Assembly: GCA_965645245.1 (NCBI GenBank)
Contig: OZ287072.1
Span: 1,860,001 to 1,924,000 of the forward strand
Length of the DNA: 64,000 bases
From: Massalongia carnosa
Lineage: Eukaryota
Reading direction: 5' to 3'
Under the pieces are notes generated by a model. The model worked only from the letters and a program-made list of their open reading frames with translations, was not told where the DNA came from and made no database searches. Both the position numbers and the translations under genes were made by a program. Positions 50,617 through 61,892 of this stretch are shown here, piece by piece (positions within the stretch are counted from its first letter, which is position 1; each line of letters starts with the position of its first letter).

Positions 50617-53600
50617 ATCTCAGCCCATTTCAGCCATCGAACAGTCTCTTTAACTAGACAGGATGCAGTTACCACCAACAATAACACTCTGTTGAGCACC
50701 CTACCGCACGTCTGTCACCCAGCCCGTGTGCCATGCTTTGAGGAGGAGGAATACCAAAACCGGGGTTGTTAGATTAGGTGGTTACTTTACACGTGGGTTG
50801 GTAATCTGATGATGCCCGTGCCGCCACTAAAATGATGCTTCATTTCATGATACAGCCGGTTGGCCTTCGTTGCTCAGAAGTCTCGACCGCAAAACACCCA
50901 ATTTACATATAGGCAATTAGGCAGATCCCTTGGGAGTCTGCTTGGTTCGAGGCAGATCCTCTTCGATCAGGAACACCTAGTTCGTCTGCGAGTATGACCG
51001 CCTGCTAATCGTTAATGAGATGCCCTTTAAGTTATCCTTTCGGGAAAGGCTGAGCTCCTATGGCCATTCGACAGCTAGGGTTGGAATTGTATGTCTTGTG
51101 TGACTTGCTCTGTCGCCATGCTATGCATCATGTCCTCGATGCGGCCCTCAGATCAGCCACACAATGTGACTGACAGTTGTTGCCCTCGCTTCCGCTTTCT
51201 GTACCTAAACTCGCTCCCAAGACAATTAGGCTCTCTCTCCGACTCAGAAAAAGCTCATTGCTTGGGGATGAATACATCGCTGTTTCTTGTGGAATATTCC
51301 TTAATTGTTGGTCTGAGTTGGTCGTGGAGAAGTTTACGTTCATCCCAAGGTCTCTGTGTCTCGTGGCTGGTGACTCGGACGAGCCAAGCGTGAACATGCT
51401 TATTCTCAAACATACCCTGATCACGGTTTATACACCGGCCTATCGAACCAATAACGCATAAAATGCTGTTTCAACCACCATGGTTGCGCGAAGCAGCCCG
51501 AAAGCCGAGCTGCCCTGAGCACAACTAGATCTACCATGAGCTAAGCCTAAGATCGCCACCAGCCTTGTCAAGCGTTTGCCTCTGGTTCTTGATTTTGGCT
51601 TATAACTATTTTGGTGTGCGATGGTTCGCTGCGAGAGTCCCTAACTATCGATCTTTCAACCGTCTGCTCGGAGCTGGCACATTGGATGTCTTAAGATTTT
51701 AGCAAGGCAAGAGTCAGCGAATTTGGATTGCTAAAGTTGCAACGGCGAGACACCACCCAGCGATGGGTATAATGTAATCTGCCTGCCAATGGGCATTACT
51801 TGCAGCTTAACTCTTATGTTGCTTCCTAATTTCAAAGGCCCTACGAGCATTCCAAGTGCTGTTCTTGACGAGCGAGTTCTTTCTGCTAGTTTCTTTCTTG
51901 AAGCTGATCACCCATTTGCACTTATTCTGCGCTTCCTGTTTTGCCAACCTTTTCTTTTTGCCATCCCTGGGAATCCCGCTTATTACTACGTCCTCTATTA
52001 ATTCTAAACTCCACTTTATCCAACTATGAGCAAAATGTTTCGCCTAACTCGAAGTGGATTGACTGGCGCACGTTTTCTCCTTATCAGCAAGTTTTGCTAC
52101 CATGTCATTTCGGCTAGCTATCAATGTCTTTTATTCTAATATGGACCGCTCGGTTAAATTGAGGCTATGTAGGAGGAGATCGGAATGAGTTTTGACAGTG
52201 AAGGCAATTTCCTAGCGATGCCGCTGGTAGGGTTCCATGGTTTTCGAAATAACGTTAACAAGGGTGCTTTGGGAGAGTGGGATTGTTCTATTTCATCAAT
52301 GAAACTTTCCAATCATCTCGGGAGCGGCGGGTCTACCTAGTTAAAGTTGAGGAGATCCCCGTGACGGCGGAAAGACCAAAACTAAGGTAAAGCGCCAAGA
52401 GTTAGGAATAACACTGTTGGACTTTACCAGTGGCTGTGTTTCGGGGTGGAGTCGGACGTGGATGACCAACCATGTGAGGGTCTAGACTTGGATTCGGTCA
52501 GAGCCCCGTTGCTTACTTGATTGGATCGGGTTGGTGTAAGTAAGTATATCATAATGTGCCCGGGCTCAAGATAACCGGAACTCGGAGGAGTACGGAGTAC
52601 CTGTTGAAAGTAAGAAAACAGTCGCTAAGGAAATAGAACAATAATGCTGCAGGAAGTACTATTCCTTTAAAAATGATCACTTCTACAACCTTTTCCTTGA
52701 AGTCTAATAATGGTTTATCCCAGGGGATCTGGGGCTCCAAATTCCACGTAGCTACGGAGTACACTGTATGTACTGCTGTTTTGCGTGTTGACGATCAGGA
52801 AAACTAACAACAGCCACGTTGGATTGGTGACCATGGCGTACATTGGGCCTACCTAGAAAGCGAACTAGTTGCATATTAGATTACTTGTTATTTCGAACCA
52901 TGACGGCTCGCCGTCTCGGTAGAAACAGAAGACAAGCGATGGGCAAGCCACAAAGCAAAGTATCCTGGGAAATAGACCAAAAACCCATACTTTGGACCGT
53001 TCCAACGGGTTGGGCTGTATCTTCACGATCCGTGCACCTCGGATGACTTTCCGGATGGGGGAGATTTTCTCATGCGGTACTTGTCGGGGCAACCGATCAA
53101 CCTGGGACGTAAAATATGATGCATCTGCAAAATACCATTGTTGCCATCCTACTCTTTTAGAAGAGCTATCTCAACTTTGAAGAATTGAATCCTGGATTTT
53201 GGTTTAAAGGCTTCGAGGCCTCGGTTGATGGTAGGTCGACTATAGGACCACATTCAGGAACGAAGAGAAAAGATTGGTGAGGGTCTTAAGCTGCTCAACG
53301 ATTCCTCGAGGTATAGTGTGTCTTAGTATTCGCTAAAGGCCCTGACAACAAGCTTTGTCTTACAGCATTATCATTTTAGGTCCCTCATTCCCCTACACTA
53401 TTTCATACAACCGCAATTCCATCTCTTTTCATCATTCGCATTAGTTGCCGTAAATCTTTTTTTTTAAAAAAAACTTTTTTAGCTGCTAGTTCTCTTTCCT
53501 CAAATCATGCGTATTTTCTTAACTACATCCGGAAACCATAGATTCTTAGGAGCACCCAAGATTTCTCTATAAAATTAGTGGATGCCTTTGGAGAGTTCCG

Positions 53601-56097
53601 GATTTTACTTTCATCTTAGCGAATAGGTGGTTGCCATCGTGTAGGAGTAGTATTCACGGCGAAACAGTATCACAATAGTGACAATGATACACTCGTTTCT
53701 CTGTTTGAACGACAAATATGCCAGAGCAAAAGACGAAACAGGAATACGGAGATGAAGACGAGATGAGAGAAAACTATGCTTGAAGACACCAATACGTGGC
53801 ATTTATAAGCCGATTTTTACATATCTTCATCTATCCATTATCCCTCATTCACCTCCCAGAGCAAGAGCAGAACCCCGGATTTCTATCAAATCAAAATTAA
53901 TCGAAAGCAAACTTGCCTGGTTGCCCGCCCGCCCTTCTAGATAGATATGTGTTCCCCCACGCTTCCTCTTTACCAATCAATTCTACCTTAATCCAACTCA
54001 CAACGCCTCTTAAGTTTTCTCCTGCCTTGCTTAGCATGCATAGGAGACTTCGCTTGTACTTTAGAAGAGTTGAGTCGGAGGGAAGAATGGAAGAGTGAAA
54101 AAAATCATGTGAATGAAATACTCTTTCTTATGTTCCATTCCACCTTCTACCCCCCCACCCCAAAACTGAAGATCTCATCCAGGTTTGCTCAGTTATTGGT
54201 TGGATATTTCTTTAATTTCGCGGCTTCTGCATCGTTGCGATTCTTCACTATCGTTTAGGGTGGTGGTGATGGGAAACAGGTATGTATGCTGCGCGTTTCG
54301 TGTTGTTGGTTAGAGCACGAAATTGATGTCGGTGCAGCTGTGACTTGGTTCGAGAGTGATAGCTGCTAGTTGGCTAGCTGGCTAGGCTTTACGGCAGATA
54401 GGCCTCCTGTATGTGTTTTTCTTTTTTCGAAGAGGGATCTTGCTTCTCGAAGGGAAAACTTCCTGGGTTGTTAACAATTACAACTCTGTACAGCGAGGAC
54501 TAGTTGCGAAAAATCTGAAATTCAGATTATATTGAAACGACGGAGGGAAAACACAAATATATAATCACGAATACACTCTGTCCACACCAGAGCCGAAAAC
54601 CAAACATCTGAGAGAATGACCCTTGGTAATATACCTCCCACAACACATCCAAGGAGCCCCCTCCTCTGCTTCTCCAGCAACGACAACTTCCAGCTCAGGC
54701 TACACACATACACAAATACAAGTCCACTCAAATCTCAAGTCTCCGCGACCCCTGTATGTATACCCCGTACAAACTCCGTTGACGGTATGCTACAGAGATT
54801 CGCAAAACACATCCGTCTGCTCATTACCGTATCCCCGAGACTCTGTCATCTCGCCACACTACTCGCGCGGATGTTTCCGGCTATGCACGTTCTTGTGATG
54901 GTGGACGGACGGACAGACGCACGGTTTCGAGTGACGGGTGCTGATTGGTTGATTAGTTGATTGATGGGCTTGTTATTCCCTGCCGTCTGTCTGTCTACGC
55001 AAGGAAATTCCTATCGGAGCCTCGAGGGAACTTACCTCTTAGTCCTGAAGGTTATAAAGGTGGGTAGTGAGCTCATGTTTTTTCGAGATCCGGTATTTGC
55101 TGTTGGAGCTGGCTGCGAGCAAAGTCGATTTTACCCTTTTTTGATGGCCGGCTGGGATACTGTTCAGGAGTGATCGATGCAATCGATTGAGAATCCAGTC
55201 TCGTATCTAAAAGTAGCTTTCGCGGCATTTGAAAGCGTCAGGTAGGATCAAACTACCCTGATGCACGCGTGTGGATTACTTATGCGGTTTTACGTGCACG
55301 CATCGATGTGAAACATGATTACATCGTTCGAGATCTCCTTCGCTTCGCTGACGACTTAGCCGGTCGATAGACAAGTTTTGAAACGTTTAGGTAACTGATG
55401 GCACACGCAAAGAGTTTGATATCAGCTTGACGTGAGAGGCGCAGCAGCCTAGCTCACGCCTCGGCGGCGGTTCCGTTTGGGAATAATAATAGCATTAGCG
55501 GATGATTTTTCGGGGTGGATCTTGAATCCGTCATCATGAAGAAGGGGCTGAAAAACCTGCCAAAGGGTTCAAGTGGTGCGGTAGGTGAGAAAATTTTCCG
55601 GAAAAATTCGAAAAGCAGGCGATAGGATCAGTTGTGTTCATCGTCATGAGATGTAGTAGTTGATAACGCGGGTGTTGAAACGGGTCACGGGAATACCAAA
55701 AAAACGCCCTAGGAACAACATAGCGGACTAACTTGCAGCTTTCGAGAGAGGAGAAATTAAAAACAGAAAAGAAATTCTATCTTGCTGGCTATGGGCACCG
55801 CTCTGCCGCGCTGATAACCTTTTCTTTTGATACTCTGCAACCCAAATACTCTCCTGTTCCGTTCCATGCGGTCTGGATAAATATATGACTCTAGCTTCTA
55901 GTATCTGTTCTACTTCCGCGAGTTCTCGCCTTCAAAATCGTGATCCAGGCTTCCGTTTCATTCCCGCTCGAGTTGACACGGCTAACGGGAGCTTTCCATG
56001 GCTTGGGTTCAGCCAGCAGGTGCTGGATTGTTTCATCCCCTTCTGACCTAACTTGATGTTTAAGTTTCCGTATTTCTCACTTCTAACAGTTACAATC

Positions 56098-56855
56098 ATG
56101 CGCTACTCTCTCATCAACCTTATGGTAATAGCAATTGGCTTTACTCATGCCTTGACGCCAAGTTTCGAGTTTGTTACTCGAACAAAAGCAAATGGCTTAA
56201 TTGGCCAACCTTGCTTCGAAGCGATAAAGGGCTGGACAAACGATCAGAGCACGGGGGCCTGGTATCTGGAGGCCGCGTACGGCGATGCCTGCGAGGGAAT
56301 CATCTTGTTACACCCGTTCAAAGCCATCATCGGAATCGTCCATACACGTACGATGTGCCCTTTCGTTCTATTTGGGTTGACTGGCAACCAAAGACACAGT
56401 TACTGATGACACTTTGAGTCTTGCAGCGCTATTCAGCATTCCTGGACCAGCGGACTATTTGGCCTGCTGCAGCAGAATCCGCTGCGCCGCCCCCTTTACA
56501 TGGAGTTACTGCAGCAATTCTGATATGGAACCCAGCGACAAAGGAACCTGGGTCCAGTGAGAAGCCTCTCCATTTGAACCTGATCTATGGATAAATTCCA
56601 GACTAATCATCATGATCGGTTAGAAACTCGGCCTGCCCAACGGATACCAATTGCTGGGTGAAGCCAAATGAACCATATGTTCCTGGACGCGAAATGAAGG
56701 GCGATTATGATACCACGGGCAGCATCAATATCGAACAGACGAGCTTAGATCAGGCTGCATCGGAGAATACGCCAGGAGATTTCTCTGGTGCTAGTGTTGG
56801 TAACGTTTTAACCGGTGATGGTCAAGAACCTGCGGCTTCGGAAGATAGCGCTTAA
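56098..56855 (+). CDS. Orphan secreted Cys-rich protein, three exons predicted
   Basis: Signal-peptide-like MRYSLINLMVIAIGFTHA. Introns at about 56348-56426 and 56557-56623. About 8 Cys and an acidic tail. Confidence 0.6.
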
Positions 56856-57010
56856 TGGGATATTCCTAGCTCTTGGCTTGAGGAGGGAAATCAATCCTGA
56901 AGTAAAATAACTCGGAAGCGACTCGGATTTCTTTCAATCATTTTGTAGATACCTATGAATGAGTACGGATTACGAGCGAGGCCAGCCACCAGGTCACATG
57001 CTCAATATTC

Positions 57011-57054
57011 CACGTGATCTGGCCACGTGGGCTAGTTATTTAACTAGACACGTG
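57011..57054. promoter_or_regulatory. Cluster of three CACGTG E-boxes
   Basis: CACGTG at 57011, 57024 and 57049, about 200 bp upstream of the ATG at 57263. Confidence 0.45.
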
Positions 57055-57262
57055 ATCGTTGGCGTGCTGTATCCTCTGGACCGTGGCTTCAAGATGAATC
57101 ACCTTCCATCCCGCACGCTCTGAATAGCATAGAAACTGGCAGCGATATCTATTGCGCTGTTTATTCTTCGCTCAATATACGTCTACGATGGCTTTCCTCC
57201 TGGAGAAGCCTTCCTTCGCATAACCAGACCCCACATCCCCTTCCATCTTCCACCTATCCAAC

Positions 57263-58051
57263 ATGCAAAATTCCCGCCAATCACATATTACATACTCTTC
57301 TCCCAAGCGGAAAAGATCGGACTATTCACTCAATGCCTTTTCTCCCCCCTCGCGGTTAAAGACAACCAATCTTCCCGACCGGCCGGTGGGCGATAGCCAG
57401 CTTATCCAGGAGGGTAGTCCTTGCGCCGTGGTCGCTGGCCATTTCCGGCAGCTGGACTTGGGAGAGACAAACCCGATATCAAAACTGAATTTTGGCAAGG
57501 CGCTGGACAGCTCAATGGTCCACAAGAATAAGCAGTTGAGCATTGGCTTTAAACCCGATCCCCCCGCGTTGAGAAGTCAAAGCGACAAATGTTCAGCAGA
57601 TGAAGCTGGACGAGATCAGTATCCCACCGCACGCCTCACGGACCAGGATAGCCAGATACCAGCATCTCGGCTCGAGATCCCCGAGACACCCCGCCTAAAA
57701 CCCACACTTTCACCGTCTCCGGTCCCTCCGCACGTCGGTTCACCATATGCGATCTCGCCAGCTCTTTGGTGGAAAGACGCCGAAATAACCGGACACGATC
57801 CCAAGGACCCTGCGGACGACGGCTACGGGATCAACGGAGTTGGTTTCTTGCCCACACCTGCCGTAGCCCATGCTCGCGCCGAGCGGCGCAAGCGACAAGT
57901 GGTCGAGTGGAAAAACCGAGAGGCGAGGGAGGCGAGGCAGAAACGGAGCGAGATGCGGCGGCGGAGGGACATGGAGATTGAGAATTCGGGGCCTGGAACA
58001 GGGGGATTGCGGGGGGAGGAGACAAGGAAGGTGAGGTTTCTGGAGACGTAA
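57263..58051 (+). CDS. Hypothetical fungal protein, 262 aa
   Basis: Long ORF with a conserved-looking C-terminal block WWKDAEITGHDPKDPADDGYGINGVGFLPTPA..REAREARQKR. Confidence 0.75.
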   Translation: MQNSRQSHITYSSPKRKRSDYSLNAFSPPSRLKTTNLPDRPVGDSQLIQEGSPCAVVAGHFRQLDLGETNPISKLNFGKALDSSMVHKNKQLSIGFKPDPPALRSQSDKCSADEAGRDQYPTARLTDQDSQIPASRLEIPETPRLKPTLSPSPVPPHVGSPYAISPALWWKDAEITGHDPKDPADDGYGINGVGFLPTPAVAHARAERRKRQVVEWKNREAREARQKRSEMRRRRDMEIENSGPGTGGLRGEETRKVRFLET

Positions 58052-58496
58052 TGTATATATGCTATGGTGGAAGACGTGCAATATGATTTTACGATATATT
58101 TTGGTGGTGGCGATGGAAAGTTGGATATACCCCTTTTTCTGTTGGCGTTGAGTTCTGGAACGAGCGGTTGAACAGTTCCTTGGTTATAACCACCTCTTCA
58201 TTACTCTTACATACAAAAACTTAATACACTCTCGATATACATAAACATCTGCCTAGGTATTTGACAGAATCTTACCAGGTTGATGCATCCGGGGAAAGGG
58301 AAGGACCTCTCTATCAAAATATTGGTTGCGTCCACATTTTTATTTAGGTACCGTATCTACCTACCATATATTATATGTATTTGCATATAAAACCACATCA
58401 AACCTCTTAAAAATAAAAACACCACCCATACTCCCCTCTTTTGAAGGAAGTATCCCGTCTCTATCGTGAAAATCATACATTGATACTCCTCTAACC

Positions 58497-59854
58497 ATGA
58501 CCACCACCACCACAGCCGCCAACCACGGCACACTCGCCCACCCTCCTGCCCGCGACCTACCGGCGCACAGTGACCGCCTGGCTGGAGGAGGACTGCCCTA
58601 GCTTCGACTACGGGGGGTTCGTCGTGGGCGAGAAGGCCGCCGAGGCGAGGCTGTTGGGGAAGAGTGCGGTGAGTTGGGTTTTGTTTTGTGTGTCTATGTC
58701 TATCTATCCCCATGCATTCGTTCATTCACTCTTACTTGCTATGTACTACGTACAAGTTTCTTTTCGGATTTGTGTGTGTGTGTGTGTGTGTATGTGCGTC
58801 TATATATTTCCTTCTTCTCACGTACACCTCCACATCCATCCACCCTATCCACCATTCTAAACCCTCTCAAAAACCCTTAGGGCATGATAGCCGGTGTCCC
58901 GTTCTTTGACGAGGTCTTCAGACAGCTGGATTGCACGTTCGTCTCCTTTTCCTCCTCCTCTCCTCCTCCTCCTCTTCCTTTCCTTCCCAGACCCTCCACT
59001 CATATCACGTGACATCACGACCACCTAACCCCCACCGGAAACCTCAAGCGTGGAATGGCACATAAAGGAAGGCGACTCCTTCACGCCCATCACTGTCTGC
59101 GCCACCGTTCGGGGCCCTGTACGGAAAATCCTCTTGGGCGAGCGCGTCGCTCTGAACATCCTCGCTAGGTGCTCCGGGATAGCTACGAAGTATTCCCCCT
59201 CACTTTCCCTTTTCCCTTTTAAGACACCCCTCCAACCCCCCCCCAAATACAGATCCTCCCGCCTCCTACACCTCCTCCGCACAGCCGGCTACCCAAACAC
59301 GCTGGCCGGCACCCGCAAAACCACCCCGGGGTTCCGGCTCGTGGAGAAATACGGTATGCTCGTCGGCGGCTGCGACCCGCACCGCCACGACCTTAGCGCC
59401 ATGACCATGCTCAAGGATAACCACATCTGGTCGCGCGGCTCCATCCCCGCCGCTGTGGCGGCCCGCGCGCGCCGCCGGCGGCTTCGCCGTCAAGGTCGAG
59501 GTCGAGTGCGGCTCCGAGGGGGACGCGCACGAGGCCCTGGGCGCCGGCGCCGACGTCGTCATGTTGGACAATTTCCCCGCGGAGGAGGTGGGGCCGGTGA
59601 CGAGGGGGTTAAGGGAGAGGTTTGGGCCCTGGGGGTGGGAGGGGGGAAGGGGAGAAGGGGGGAAAGGGAAGGGGGAAACGCGCGGCAATGACACGCAGAG
59701 AGAGCACGGGAAAGCCTTCCTGGTCGAGGTAAGCGGCGGCGTGACCGAGGGTAACCTCGCCGCGCTGGCGGGCTCGGGCGTCGATGTCATCAGCACCAGC
59801 AGCATCCATCAAGGGGTGCCGCATGTGGACTTCTCCCTCAAGATTGTGCATTAA
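58497..59854 (+). CDS. BNA6: Quinolinate phosphoribosyltransferase, with an apparent 1-nt frameshift near 59463
   Basis: [57 protein letters not shown]. Confidence 0.9.
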
Positions 59855-60504
59855 TTTGGTTAGGCCTTGGGAAGGTTGGTTATGTCAAGCCACCACCACT
59901 AGCCGCGACGAATCGATACGTTTTTTTGATCCCCCCCCTCAAAATTTCACTTATCCATCCCCCCTTTCTCTTCCTCCCTCCCACTTGCTCCATTCTTTTT
60001 TTGTTTATTTCTGTTCTCACCCCCCACCCCCACCCCCACCCCAAAATCGTCTGCCAACCGTGTCAAGTCTTCTTCCTCCCATCTCAGCTCATTCATGGGA
60101 TTAGTTTATCCCTCTCCCTCCTCCTCCTCCTCCTCAATCTCCTTCTTGCCGACTTCCTTCCCTGTTTTCTATACCCATACCTCCACCGGGGGCTTGTATC
60201 ACCTATCTATTTTTGGGAAGATGGGGCATTAACACCCAGTTCCAATCATCCCCCCCCCAATCCATCGTTCTCCTTTTGGATGCCTAGATTTTCATTCATT
60301 CATCCCTTTTTTTTTTAAAAAAAAAAAACCTAAATCCAACCCCCTTCCCTCCAGCGGTATTCCTCGCTCCCCCAGCCCCAGAGAAAACCCAATTCCTTTG
60401 CCTCCCCCCCCTCCGAGTTGTTTTGCCGGACCGAACCTGCATGTTGCTCCGTCGGCCATCATCATCATCAGAGGGAGCTCGATCGAACCGGCCCGCTGGG
60501 ATCA

Positions 60505-61292
60505 TCAGGGAGATCCCTTCACCGGGAGCACAAGGATCGGTATATCGCCTTCCGGAGGGCACTCGGAGAAACATTCTAGCTCGAACTCGTTTCTCTGAAA
60601 CCCCATTTCGTTAGCCGTTACTGTTTGGCATGAGTGGGGAGGAACAGCTGATGCTTGGGCGAAGTAGGCTCTGATTTTGGGGGGGGAATAGGTAATTCAG
60701 GAACCTTTAAATTTACGTACCCCGAGAGGCACGTTCGCCAAGGAATGGCAGTCGGTAAAATACTTCGCACCTGGGCATTCGGTCGGTTCTGCGCGTGCAT
60801 GTCAGTCGACAAAACCGTTCTCGTCAAGAAAGATCAAAGCCTACTTCTGCTGCACAGTTGGTAGTGAACCGTATGTTTCGGCGGGGATTTGCTCGGGCAG
60901 CATACACCGTTGGTGCCGCCGCAGGTCCAAGTGGCATACTTCTGGTCCGTCGTGGTAGCGGCTAGATATTCGCTGGAGGACTCAGGGCTAAAGCTGTTGA
61001 AAAGGTTGTCGTCTGGAACGTCAAGCTCGGTTGATGGATTCTCAGAAGGGGCGCTGTTCTCAAAGGCAGTCGATGCATCACTAGGGACATTAAACGCCAT
61101 CAGAAGATTTCCCGGAAAGGTTCCCCCATTAGGAGTCTGGCCGTCGGTGGAAAAGGTTTCTGGCGGGATGTACGAATTGGATGCGGGGTCCATGGTGAAG
61201 TCGAGTCTATTGTCTTTGAAGTAACCGTTGATGGGGACAGGAGTGGCGATTGCCATTAATCCGGCCAGGATGAGAAGTGGTAGGAAACGCAT
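60505..61292 (-). CDS. Orphan secreted protein with Ser/Thr/acidic linker and Cys-rich C-terminus, three exons predicted
   Basis: Signal-like MRFLPLLILAGLMAIATP. CGGTNGVCC..LCS, then the exons PTECPGAKYFTDCHS and ELECFSECPP. Confidence 0.55.
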
Positions 61293-61892
61293 GATGAAGA
61301 TGGAGAGAACGATGACGCAAAGAGATTCAATGGAGCCGATGGGCACACGCAGCATTCTAGGGAAATCAACTACTTATATATTGTACGCATTTCTTCCAAA
61401 AACAAACCACGCAACACTCCAGCAGAACAGGCCACCTCCAGCGCATCGCACAGGACGTAGGATGTCAAAAAACGAGCCCGTTAAGGTCCACGTTTCATGT
61501 TTCTTAACGACGTGGTCCAATCGTACCATGTGACAAACGAAAAAGAACGAAGAAAAGAAGAAGAAAAAATTGACGCATCGGGACCGGGCGTTAGGAGGTA
61601 AGATAACTTAGCGAGCTGGTCAACGATAGATTTAGGCACGTGCTGGGCGAGAAATCGGAGTTGACGAGAATGATGAAAGGTGTCAGTGAGGTGAGGTGAG
61701 GGAATATAAGGCTTTAGGTATGGATGTACAGTACATACTTGCTCTGCACATCATGAACGGTCGCTCAGCACTGTCGTGAAGCCAAATGCTTTACCCACTC
61801 CATCCGCCAGGATCGGGACTAATTATCGATAGTATGTAATCGTCGGCTAGTCGCTCGCTTAATCCTCTCCCTCCAAGAAGCATTCGCTTCTA

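Noticed and set aside
50915..50995. GGTTCGA and a repeated GGCAGATCC as a possible tRNA
   Set aside because: No cloverleaf or acceptor stem could be formed.
52473..53347. TGTGAGGG...CCCTGACA as a solo LTR
   Set aside because: The ends are imperfect, there is no TSD, and no second copy occurs in the window.
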